The notes below the pieces were generated by a model, which saw nothing but the letters and a program-made list of their open reading frames with translations, was not told the DNA's origin and made no database searches. A DNA stretch of 64,000 nt from Psammoneis japonica (Eukaryota), in the NCBI GenBank assembly GCA_008632985.1, contig QPGO01000016.1, positions 344,840 through 408,839 of the forward strand, given 5' to 3'. This document shows, one piece after another, positions 48,632 through 60,845 of the stretch. The translations under genes and the position numbers were made by a program. Positions within the stretch are counted from its first letter, which is position 1, and the number at the start of each line of letters is the position of its first letter.

Positions 48632-49299
48632 CTTGAGACTGAACAAAGATGTTTTTTGAGCTGCAGATTCCCGCGCAAATGATGAATGAGGTTCATCCCT
48701 TTTTCATCACATGAAGGAACATCACTGCTTTTGGATCACACAACCATGGTGAGGCCAACATCGTCCTTGCATGCTGATGGGTGTGGTTGAAAAAGATGCT
48801 GCTGCTGAAGCAGCGTGTCATTTGGTCGTCCACTGTCACATCATGCATGCCATGAAAGACATGGATGACAGTTCAAAAAAGGCACCAAAGAGTTTGGCCA
48901 CTTTTTTGCTCATCTCGACAACATGACTTGCATGGGTGATGAGCACTCAACACAAGTCAACGACCAAGTCAGGGGCATCAGTTTTTGGGCAGATGGACGG
49001 CATTGGAGCCATGGATGATGCCAAGCATGTTTCATCAAATTTTGAGCAGCAACTAAAAATGACATGTCTGTTGGTGTGTGTGCTTTTTGCAGCAATCTTG
49101 GGTGCTGCTGAAGCCAATGAGCAAGCATTGCTGGGACACATGGGTGGCTGGACATGTTTCTCAACAATTGGCCAAGAGCAGTGTGCCATGAGCAGTTTGT
49201 GTTCTCAACAGCGGGTGACTGTCAATTCAAACCCTGCGATCCTTGTGGTGAGTGCACCATTTTTTTAATTTGCTGCACAGGTGGTTGTTGGGTGAAACA

Positions 49300-51950
49300 T
49301 CTGGCACGTGTTGTTTCATTCCTGTGGCTGGGAGTCACGTTTTCCAATGCACGCTTCTGCGGGATCAGCATCGCTGCGGGGACAGCCTGCAGACACAGGA
49401 AAGCAAGTTGCATCATTGGTGGCTGCAGTGGGGATGCCTGCTGCATCCCAGTTTCATCATCAGGTCTGAGGAATGACAAAACATGAAAAAAATGCAAACT
49501 TGTCAGCCACTCTTGTCTCATCGAAATGGCTCTGTCAACCAAGCACGATTTGCCATGCAGCAGCAATGCCACACGCCAGCAGCATCGCAAAGAGCATGAG
49601 CAAGAAGGAGAGAAATGGCTTTGCAAATGATTTTCATCTTTTTTGTTCAAGATTTGGCTCAATGCTGTTTTGTGGACCTCAAGTGGATGAGACTCAACAG
49701 TGGCCAGAGAGACACTCGACTCTTGTTTTTCATTTTGAGACTCTTTGTCACAACACTTTTTAATTGCCGGAATCACAAAAACAACTGTTCAAACAGACAT
49801 TTCAAAGACTTTTAAACCACCAGCAGAAAGCTTCCAGTTGACTGCTGTGCACAATTGTGCAATCTGATGTGGAATTGGCATTTTTTGTGTCTGCTTTTGG
49901 GGTTCTTTCCTGGGGTTTCAAAAAACACATTCCAGATGGGATGAATTGATGTGGTCTCAAGTTTTGGCTCAGCTTCCTCATGCGGTGCTTTCTTTTTGCT
50001 TCCATTTTACTGCCAAAGCACAAGGCAGTGTGAGACACTGGGTCCCACATGTTTCCTGAGGCAACCAGTTGCATTTGTGGTCATCGGGGTTGTGGGTTTT
50101 GTCACCAGGGCAGTCACATGCCCAATGAAAGTGGTTCACTTGGTTCTGAGCACACACTTTGCATTGCTGTGCCAATGCACAAGAGCCAAGAAGTCCATCA
50201 GAAATGCACACACAAGGGTGGGTGCAATGACACTTTCTTCACTGCCTGTCCAGCAAACACCCAGGTGCACACGGGTTCTTTGCTGCAATTTGTGGAAACT
50301 CCTGAGTGGCGCTGCTTGGAGCTGTTGGTGACCACAGTTCCTGCGCTGAAAACCTGTCAGCAACTTTGTCCTTTTGCTTCCCAGCTTGGCAACTTTGGAA
50401 GATGACAGGTGCACAGAGGCGACATGTCCCAAGATCAGCCAGGCTTCCAGCTGGTTCCCGGCAGCCTGCTTCATGCACGACAATTCACTGACCGCAAGTT
50501 CATGTGCAAATCTCTCATTTTGGGTCACCTGGGTTTTGCCCATGTGTGGGAGCATGCCAACCACAAAGTCTTCTCAAGGAGGCAGGTGTCACAACAGCAA
50601 GTGCCCAAAGTGATCTCCAACATGCAACAGCTCTCCACACAAATGTGCTGCTGGTGGCAACTGCTTTCCGCCTCAAGCTTGCCATCATGTTGCTTGCCAG
50701 GTCTGCAGGCACCATTTTTCTTTTGCATGGTTGACCAACCATGAACTTAAGGCAATTCCAGCTGCTTTCATGAGAGAGAGAAGTTTTTGGGGTCATTTTG
50801 ACACTCAACTCAAAAACAACATTGCCAAATCTGTGGGGTGATCTGGGTTTGCTCGCACAGTTGGTTTTGCACTGCTTGGGTTCATTTCAGCAACCTTGTG
50901 CATCAACTTTTGAGTGATGCATCAAGACTTGCAAAATCTTTTGAATGCAACAGGCCCACATTTTGGGGTGGAGTGTGCCGCGATTCGACATTTTCTTCTG
51001 CACACAGAGAAGCCACATGTGATCTGCTTTCTCACATTGTTGTCAACATTGGCAGCACTGCTTTTGCAATGTCACAATCAAAGTTTTGTTAAAATGGCTG
51101 CATGCCATCATGCAACTTGCACACAAAAATGGCAGTCGATGCTCAACTCTGCTCGCAGATCAGCAAACGGAGTTGCTTTGCCACATGTCTCGCAGCACGG
51201 GAGCTTTTGTCACCCCCAGCTTGAAAGCAGCTGGCGCTCTTTGAGAAAAAGAGTGCACTGTCTGATTTGCAATGTCCCAAGATCCCAATGAACAAGTCTT
51301 TTGATGGTTGGGAGCTTTTGTCAAAACTTGTGAAAACTTGCATGAAAACAAACAAAACTTCGATCTCAAGATCAGAAGCCTTTTGTGTTGCTGGTGCGGC
51401 GCAGCTGGTGGCGGAGCAATTAAAAAAAAAAATGGAAAAAGAAGAGCAGCCACCTGTTTTGACACACTGCAGCAGGTCTTGTTGGTGCACCAAAGCATTC
51501 CCAAGTGAGTGAAAATGTTGTCCTCTGTTCAATCGCTGCATGTGCTGGCCGCCAAAAATTGTGTGGCTGCACCCACAGAAATGTGTTTTTTGAATCATGC
51601 ACACGTGGTGCTGCTGAGAAACCTGAAACACATCTGCTGCTGCTGCTCTTGTGATGCACCACAATGCCATGACTTGCATTTTGCCATTTTTTTCTCTTGC
51701 CATTTTTTTCTCTTTTGTTGGGAGCAAAAAACTCATGGAAAACATCGATGCTCAGCAACTTGGCTGGTCCTCTGTTTTGCCATGGCTTCTCTTGTTGGTG
51801 TGGCACAACACACCAAGAACCAGACCATCAAACTGACCTCGGGTTCTTCTTCTTCAACAGAAGAATTGCTCGGAGGAGTTGAGGAGGACATGGTGTGGGA
51901 CAGTTTCACAGAGACATGTCCATGCAGGTCAGAGTGCGCTCTCTTGGTGC
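49300..51950 (-). mobile_element. Possible degenerate hAT-like transposase remnant
   Basis: Minus strand ~49500-49620 reads PFLSFLLMLFAMLLACGIAAAWQIV..SHFDETR, loosely like the hAT dimerisation motif FP.L..LA......A..ERVFS. The support is weak. Confidence 0.3.
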
Positions 51951-52230
51951 CGAGCTTTTCTTGTGCCGGGTCCCGTGTCGCCGCTGGGAACAGTCTGTTG
52001 CCGCAAAAACAAAAATTTAAAAACATGTGACTAACGGAAAATGCCAAAAATGCCATCTACAAAGCTTAATACTTTACAAATAGCATATAAAAATTCATTC
52101 ATGTTTATGTCAGTCTTGTTTATGACATAAATATCGGGAATAGCTCGGCGTTTTCAATGTGCATGATCGATGATCCGAGTAAGTACGGTGTGGGGGCTGT
52201 CAACGTTTTTCTTTTATGTATTGTTGCTGG

Positions 52231-52648
52231 CAGCGTTATAAAATCGTTAACTTTCTCCCAACAATCACGGATTGCAACCATCGATTGCGCGCGGCTTCGC
52301 AGCAATCGAAAGATCGCAACACGCGCGCGCTTGCCACGTGCAACAATCGATTGCAATCCCGATCGCGATTGGCCCCCGCGCGGAATTCGCGCGCCCCACG
52401 CAGGGGCGCCCCACGCATTTTTCGTGAATGAACACCACGTTTCGGTCAATTTTTAGTCCCGTGTGCGCTGAAAATCCCGATTCACGACTAAATTTTAGAC
52501 ACGAATCGATCGCGATCGATCGCGAACGCGATTGCGATCTTTGTGACCAGCGCCAGACAAACAATCAGCAGATTGCAATCATTTCGATCGCGATCCGCAA
52601 TCGAATTGCAAACAGGATTGCAATCGAGTTAGCGATTTTATAACGCTG
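52231..52648. mobile_element. hAT-type MITE with 22-bp TIRs and 8-bp TSD, unmutated and CpG-rich
   Basis: TIR CAGCGTTATAAAATCG(T/C)TAACT at both ends and TSD GTTGCTGG at 52223-52230 and 52649-52656. The interior has CGATCGCG/CGATTGC subterminal repeats. Confidence 0.92.
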
Positions 52649-52685
52649 GTTGCTGGTGAGAGCTGCTGCTCATTTTGACCTTTGA

Positions 52686-53288
52686 TTGATCGAGTCATTC
52701 TGCCAGTCTGTTGATCTGGACGAGGACGTCATGTCTATCAAGGAAGATGCAAAATTCTATTGGGTCAGGTGCTCCGACGGAGTCTGCCTGGCCATGAGCG
52801 AGGAAAGGTTGGAGCGCATCTTTGATCTCATGCCGACGCTTCGGTATCTACTCGTGGGACACCCTATATGAAAGCAAAGGAGCCACGAGAACTCCCGGAT
52901 GGTACTCTTATCCTCGATATTCCCAGTGAGTTAAAGTTTCGCAAAAGGCGTTTTTGCAATTGATCAATTGCATCTTGGAAGTAGAGCCTCTTCCCCCTCG
53001 TGTAAACCAGAACGATGACAACAGTAGTTTGTCGATGCTGACGCATACCATGGCCACTTGGGTGGATGCGAGGTTCTCGAACAGCGTCTCAAGGATCATC
53101 ATGCTAACCCTTTGACTCCTGAAGAGGATATCAACAACGACTACGATTGGCACGTTGTGGGAATGGAGGACACGGGTGACATCCGAACGAACGAGATGAC
53201 TCAACTTGCCGACGCCGGATACACATGCACCAAAAGCACTTTCGATGGAGTCACGGTATCCCATCTCTATCGAAAGAAACGTGGATAA
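52686..53288 (+). CDS. Possible small hypothetical gene (frameshifted fragments)
   Basis: Two collinear ORFs (52686-52871 and 53058-53288) have protein-like composition in normal-composition DNA. Confidence 0.3.
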
Positions 53289-54399
53289 CTGCTTGAACTT
53301 TGGGGGTTGCGTGTCCTTTGGCTCCTGCGATTGAGCTCTGTGGGGGTAATAAAGCGCGAGAATACCTGTTGTCTCAAGTTCCAATTTAGCTATGTAGATG
53401 CCGGACGTGGTGGAATAGTAGCACTATCTTAGCATGATTATGTACGCCTTAGAAATCACAGATGTGGATCACAAGGTGGTGCATCTGTTCCAGGGCTTGA
53501 TAAGGTTATCGTGTATCACGAAGACTTGAGAATGCTAGCGAGATTCTCCTTTCAGCCCGGCACTGCTCAGTGCCGGTAGAACTTTGCATTTGGTCGATAA
53601 AAGTGGTGAAGTCGCTATAACCACGGTGCCTGCATTGAAGACGGAAGGCTCCGCCCGATCAGATGGCAAAGGAAAGGATCATGCTCGCAGCACCTTCTTC
53701 AACCACCACCCCCAGAGATATTTCCATGCTTGAGGCAGAGTCAAATGGTTTCTTTTAAAAATGTTCTTCTTACTGTTTGCTGAGAAACGGTGCTCAAAGC
53801 TGTAAAAATCAACAACTCCCTTTCAACAATTCCTCAAGGATTCAAAACTGGAACAATGACAACTTTCTCTAGCCTGGTCCTTCTCAACGTAAGCCTCTTT
53901 TGCATTTCTTCACCGCCAATGAGAAAAAAACTCAACTCAAAACAGAGGCACTCCACACCACAAATGGACAACTGTTTTGCATGACAGCTTTTTTCTGCTG
54001 CCAGATTTTGTGTCATTGGTGTGATGAGCAAAAAGAAAAAGACCAGCAGATGGTGGCAACTCTGTGGGTTGAGTCTTGGTTCTTGGATGAGCAAGAACAG
54101 GGAGCTGGGATCATTGGCAAGCCTCATCTGCATCCTTGCTGATTTTTTTATGCGCCAAAGAATGCATCAACCAAAAGGTCACCTGTGCACTTTGTTCTAC
54201 TTGCTGACATTGAGCAACTCCTGACTGAGTTTGAAGCTTTTCAGCTGGAGCATGCTCCATCTGTCATTGACAGTCTCAACAACTGGGACATTTTGTCTTT
54301 TGTCACAGTGTGGAGTGGCCAAAAAGGAAGCGTGAAAGTCAGACAATTTGGGGAAGTTAGTCCAGGGTGGTTTGGGAGGTGGAGGTGGAACAGAGAAAA

Positions 54400-55345
54400 A
54401 GAGCTGTTGTTGTGGGAGCAGTGACCTAAAAGGAAGGTGCAGAAATGATGGTGTCCAGCACTGCCCACCAAGTGATGGAGGGTGAAGGGGAGAAAGAAGA
54501 AGCCAGCTTTGTCAACAGCAGCAATGGCAGAAGAGCCATTGGCAAAAGCAGTGTTGCATTGCTGAAGTTTGTCCAGCAGGGCACTCCTCAGGTGAGCTTT
54601 GGCAAGAAGGTTGGGAGACAAGCAAACCAGGTGCAGGGCAGGAAAGAGCTGCAGGAACAGTGACATCAATGGCAAGGATGGGACAGTGACATTTGCAGCA
54701 GGAATGATTGCACCAGTGCTCTCTGTGTGCAGTGTTGGGCTTGAAATTGTTGCTGAAGCTGCAATTTTGTTGGTCAGGGACTGTCTGCCCAGATGCACAT
54801 GTGATGAGTTCATGTGTGCCATTGTCATCTGGCAGTGCATTGTGGATGACAGACAATGCAGCAGGATGAAAGTGGGTCATGCAGACAGAAAATGAGGGGT
54901 TTGGGAGAGGGACAGAGTGGCAAGGTGTGTGTGCAATTTGGTCAAATGGTGGGCAAGTTGATCAGGCAGCAAGGGACCTGTTGGCCACAAGACCAAGGCT
55001 TTGGAGGTGTTGCTGGAGTGGGGCTTGGTGGGAGGCCAAAGCGGGTTGCTGAAAACGCATCCTTTCACTGCAAGGAGGATCCCTGGAGGCAAGCATTGGG
55101 CACAGGTGCATGCAGCGTGGGCAGCTGGGGGTGCTGAAAGGAGGGCTTGGGCTGCCCAGCTGTCCAAGGCAGAGCAGGAAGGGATGGGGTGGTTTTGGTT
55201 GCAGCAGCAAACTTGCTGTGGGTTTTGTGATTGCTTCTGAACTTCTGCTTGGTGCTCACATTGTGTGCACCCTTGGCAAAAGGGTCAAGAGTGTGAGCAG
55301 ACCAACTGCTGCACATGGTCAGACTGCGTGCAGATGACAGTCAGA
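54400..55345 (-). mobile_element. Degenerate non-LTR (RLE-type, CRE/R2-like) retrotransposon 3' part; probable 5' part at ~60850-61400
   Basis: LAIDVTV ... AH ... FLPFT ... G.AG...FL resembles the C-terminal restriction-like endonuclease, and TCASGQ is a zinc-knuckle remnant. 61230-61260(-) reads FRFCCPVHP, like an N-terminal zinc finger. Confidence 0.45.
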
Positions 55346-58300
55346 TGTTTTAGATTGACAAGCAGATCTCTCTGAGATCTGCTTCTCTCACTCTTTCTTG
55401 TCAGTGCATGCGTTGTCACTGTTGCCAGGTTGCAGGGAGGACCCTTGCACTTGTCATCACTCTCAGCCACCACCATTCTGACAGGTCATGGCCCTGCAAG
55501 GTTCGCATTTTTTTGCACTGCAGTCCTCGCTGTGATCCACTCAATTTGTGAGCCAATCAAGCCAGCATCATTTTTGATCCTGGCAGAGATGTTTGCTTGG
55601 AGCCAAGATGATTTTTTAGCCACAGGACAATGCTGTGCTGGCTTCTGCATCTGTTTGATCAAAAACAGTTGCAAAACTCCCACCATCTTGTCAAGATCAC
55701 CATGGTGTTCCAACCACACCCTCACTGCAACAAGGCTTCCAAGCACCTGAAACATCTGTGTGGTGGTTCTAAACCTGCAGAATCAAAAGATGGTGTCATT
55801 GATCTCACTCTCACAAGAGCACACCACCAATCACATGATCCCCCAGAGACTGGAGACCCCCAAGGACAAACTGCCAGTTGCAGCATCCCTCCATCAGAAG
55901 TTGCCTCTTGGGATCATGACTCCAGCCAGTGACTGTGCTCCATCTCATCTCTCTAAAGAGACAAATGCTGGATCACAAGATCAAGACTGCTCTCAAAATC
56001 TGCATCCCTGAAGGCAATCATTCAGATTGGTGCTGGACATGTCTGCTTCAGTCCAGACATGTGGCGTGCTTGTTGGGGCTGGAGTGAGTTTTCTGATGCA
56101 GCTTCCCCCCCCCAAGCATGCACCCAAGACCCCAGCATCATCATCTGCAGGATCAGGGTCAGCCAACATCTCTGATTTGATCAATGCACTGAGTGACAAC
56201 CATGCAACTTCAAAAAAAGCACCCCCCTTCTGGTGGGTGGCCACACATGTGTCACCCCTTCTGCACAACTGCAACTTTGTCATCCAAACATTTGTTGAAC
56301 CTGGATGCTCTGCCAACAAAGGACATCCACCAATGTTTTGATCACAAGTTTGCCAAAAGAGTGATTCCCCAGAACTCACTTGGGCCTTTTGATGATGGAA
56401 ATTTGTGCCATTTGGATGGCACAAACTGCCTCATGTTGGCTGATGGACTGCTGTTTGTGATGGATCTCATGCCAGACCACAAGGTGGCACCCCCTTGTGA
56501 GCCAAGTCTGTGTCATGACAACTTGCCACATGGCATGCACCAGTGGTGTCTGAACGTTTAGAGGCATGCAAGTGATTGTGGGTGCTGTGCTGCTCACCAT
56601 TGTGGAGCTTCGTGCACAACCACGGTGGTGACTGGGGCTTTGCTGTTGGAAACAAAACACTTCCAATGATCTCCCACAATGAGCGCAACACATTCATTGC
56701 CTTGAATCATTGTGCATGATTCACAAGCTCCTCTTGCACTCAGATGGCTTCCCCAAGAACAGCCAGCCATGTCACATTGTTGCCTCTTGCTGTTGCAGTG
56801 GGTGCAATTCATTGAAGCAGATTCCATGTCAAGCACACCCACCAGCATTCTGTGATGAAGTGCCCAGCTTGGTGGACTCACATCCAAAACAAGGCAACCT
56901 GTCAATCATGGACTGCTCAGTTCCATTCAATGATTTTTTGCAGCTCTGTGCCTTCATTTTTGACACTGACTTCTCTTTGGATGACAACCAAGTGATCAGC
57001 ATCTTTGTCAAGAATGCCAAGTGCTCTTGAAGTTCTCGATGTGTGTCACCAAGAATGACCGTGCATCTCCAGCTCATCAATGCAAGTGAACTGCAAAGCA
57101 AATTTTGAGCAATGAAATGTTGGTGCAAACAATGGTCTTCAAGTGTTGGATCCTCCTGAACCAGATCCCAATTCTCCAGACCTGGTCCCAGATGATGTGT
57201 TGGCTCCACATGACAACACTTTTGAGATGTCATGCAAAGAGTTGGAAGCAACAGATTCAAGATGTTCCTCCTGCAGATGACAATCATCTCCTGCATCATG
57301 CCCACTCAGCTTTGGTGCACAAGCTCAAGGCATTGGCTGCCAGCCAAAGCTGCCAAACATCCACGATGTTTTGTGTGTGGCTGCTGGCAATCATCTGTTT
57401 GATGATTGCCCCATTCTCCAGAATGACCCACATGTCAAGGGTGTTCACACTCAGCTCTGCCAATTTTTGAAGTGCAAGGCTGCTCAACATGATGCAACCT
57501 TTGCTGGCAACCAAGGTGACTTGCCTGCTGGACAGAATGGGCAGGCTGTCCTTCTGACTGAAGCTCCACTGCCAGGTTTGTGTGGGCCATTGCAGCTGCC
57601 AGCAGTTTCAGATCCATGATGCAGCCCATTCTCTCCTTCCTGAGACACAGCCAATGATGGTGTGGCAACTGAGAAAAAAGGACTCACAATTCTGTTGCCC
57701 TTCCACTGACACAAACCACTTTCTTCACATGTTGACATTGGCCAGAATCAACTCACCAGTCCTCTGACAAAACCTGTTGTTGCACAACTCTCCCTGACAA
57801 AAATCCCATGGGAGGGCTGAGGAAACTGTTGAGCTTTTCAATTTGGAGTGTTCCAAATGTTGCAAGGACTCAGGGTTTGCCATGCTTGACTCAATTTGAG
57901 TCTGGCTCTCCATCCATGCCACAGTGGATTTCACCAAGCTGAGCATCATGAAGCTTTTGAAGTCAATGCTGTCAATTTTTTGAATGATGAATGTGGTGTG
58001 CAGTTTGACACTGGGGCCTGTGTCTCCTGCACCAATGAGTGAGATCTCCTCTGCCATCATCAGGCAAATGGTGCCCCCAAAAATCCATGCCCATTCAAGG
58101 TCAATCCAGTGCCCAGACAAGCTGCTGTCCCTCACAGCTGCAGCTGTCTGTGTGCTCCAGCAGAAACCAAAGAGGGTCATGTTGCCATCCATGCATGCTG
58201 CCACCCCAAGCTGCAATTGACTTTGGCAGACAAAAATGCTTTTTACATGGCTGGTGGCAGGCACAAGCAAGATTTCATGGCAGATTGTTTGTTGAAGTTC

Positions 58301-60845
58301 CACGACCATGGTGCGCACAAGCATGTTGCAAAAGCATCACTTCCATGCCACTCAAGACACACTGTCCATGGTCAGCTGATTGACAGCAAGCACCTTGCTC
58401 ATCCCTTGATCCTCCCAGAATTGGATGACATGCTAGATGAAGCAGCATTGGACCTCAAGAGCACAGACCCTGATTTTGCCAAGGAATGCAACATGCTGGT
58501 GGTGCATGTGATTGATGCCTGCAAGGAAAATCAAGAAAACACCCTCATGGAGCAATGAAAACTCATTCCATGCACATGTTAAGATGTGCCTTTTGAGACT
58601 TGCCTTGAAGATCAAGCACCCATCCAGCTGCTCAAGGCCAGTGCAGAACACTTGCTTTGGCATCAACACCTCAGACATCCCAGTGACCATTGTTTGCACA
58701 ATGCACACAAATGCATCAAGGTTGCTCCCAAGTTTGCTCATGGCACTTCCCCTTTGTTGGACACTTGCCCTGCTTGCAACTGAGCAAAGCAGACAAAAGA
58801 CCCTGCCAGCCCCAACTTGATGCACTCAATGACTCAGCCATGCCAAGGTCCAATGGTGGATTTTGCCTTCTCTGGTGTCAAATTGAAGAATGAAGAGTGT
58901 GCTGTGGGGACCATGCAGGACTCAACAGTGAGACTTGTTGGGCTCCTGTTCATGACCGCTGCACCAGTTGTCTCCATGGTGCTGCTCATGTTTCCAAGGC
59001 CATGCCAATTGAATGCACCCATCATTTTTTGGAGGACCACTCACCACAATGTCAAGACAAATGTGTGGCTGTTGATCAAGGTGGTGATCAGCACAGAAAT
59101 CCAGCAGTGCAAAGACTTTTTGAGCAAGATTTTTGGCACACTGTGAGCCCTTCTCTGTCACAGATGCCTCCAATCAGAGTGGCATCATTGAGCACAGTTG
59201 CTCCACCATGCAGAACACAATCCAAGTCATGCTCATCAGAGCAGATTTGCTGGTCAAGTTTTGACCACCACATGCTTTCCATCATCATTGCACTCATGTC
59301 AAGAGTGCAGCTCCATTAAAAGATCAACATGTTGCTCCCATTGCTCTTGCCACAGGAAAGGCCAAGGACTTGGTGATGTTTTTTGCACATTTGGTTGCCA
59401 TGCACAAGCTTGCAAGAATGCCAAACACCCTGCTGTGATGTGCTCCAACTCCAAAAAGGGCATCTTCCTTGAGCACATGCTGGACAGACACTGCCAAGAG
59501 TGCTGTGTGGCATGACCCTGAGTCCAGCCTCATCAAGGTGGACAATCATTTTTGCTTTGACAAAGGCATGAATGCCCTTCCCCACAATCAAGCACTGCCA
59601 GATCATGTCATCCATCTTCAACTGACACAGAATGGCAAATCATTCCCAGCCAAGGAGAGGAAACTTCAATGGAAAAATTTCATTTTTCTGGTGTTCCCTT
59701 TGCCAAGACTCCAACACACACACTGCAACAGCCCACATCGGATCCAATGTGTGGCACCACTTTAAAGGTTGATTAGCTGTTTGATCTTGCACACTTGTCA
59801 CATGTCAAACATGGCAGTCCCATGGCTCACCTGCCCTTCAAGGCTGCTCAGAACAAGATCGTGGGTGGGTGCATTGGTTTGACCAATGGCACAGATGTTT
59901 TCACTCAGCATCATGCTGAAGCAGAGCTCCAAGAATGACTGCATGATTTGGGCACCCCTTTTTTCAAAATTGTTTTTGTGCTGAGGCAGCACTCCAATGT
60001 GCTTTGATTGAATCTGAGCTGCCCCCTCCCAAAGAGGAGCATGTGCCTTGACTGCAATGGCGGTTGTGCATGCTGTTGCAGCTTTGCATTTTCCTGATGT
60101 TGATTTCTCCACTTTGGATGATGTGGAGCCCAAGTTGTTGCCAACAATTGACAATGAATGTTGCACACTCAACAATTTTGTGATTTTGTCCCATGCTGTC
60201 ACCCCAGAGGAGCAGGCCTTGGATGGTTTTGCCCATGACAAGCTCAAGCATCAACTGCCCATGTGGGAAAAATGGCAGGACGAGCGTGAGCTCACTCAAC
60301 TTGACCATTTTCATGTGTTGGGAATGTTTGGGTGAGCCCAGGCACCAATCAAGCAACTGAAGGATGCTGCAATGCTCTGGCCACATTGGCGGTGCAATGG
60401 TGCTCTTGATGCTCTTGATGCTGTTGTGATGGACCCTCTGTGCTGCTCCTGCTTTTGCTCATCATGTGTGGAGCAACCCGCTCAACAATTTTTTTGCACT
60501 GTCAGAATTGATGGGTTGTGGAGTGTGCTCAAGCAACATCCAAGATGCTTGCACTCACTTGCCAAGTCTTTCGACTCCAGTGTGCACTCAGACAAATGAG
60601 GCTCGCGCTGCTTCGCATGAAAGCTGCTTTGGCATTGAGCTTGATTGACCCATGGCAGGACACACATGCAATCAAGATTTTTGATGCTGATGGCAAAACA
60701 CTTCACCAACCCATCAAAGACATGGCTCTGTTCAAGTGCCTTCTTGGACTTTGTGCTGGTTTCAGCAGCACCCACTCCAACCCGCATCACGGCACTGCAT
60801 CAGCTGCGTGTCACATCTGCGTTTGCCGGGCTCTCAAGTCATGAA
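55346..60845 (+). mobile_element. Degenerate Ty1/copia (CoDi-like) LTR retrotransposon, 3' truncated
   Basis: Putative LTR TG..CA at 55346-55483, then GGTCATGGCCCTG (copia PBS is GGTTATGGGCCCAG). Integrase-tail remnants FGC...SKKGIFLEH and HFCFDKGMN follow. RT remnants are ELTQLDHFHVLGMFG, LWPHW, CCDG, SSCVEQP and THAIKI. Confidence 0.8.

Larger units (their letters stand above)
42690..52030. other. TpA/CpG-depleted hypermutated domain
   Basis: A manual scan finds only roughly 15-20 TpA in about 9.3 kb. Long ORFs such as 43897-44916 and 47068-47829 contain no Tyr. Confidence 0.92.

Noticed and set aside
42690..52030. Foreign DNA (virus, HGT or contaminant) with its own composition
   Set aside because: The domain contains a copy of a MITE also found in the normal region and diatom-style gene remnants, so it is host DNA altered in place.
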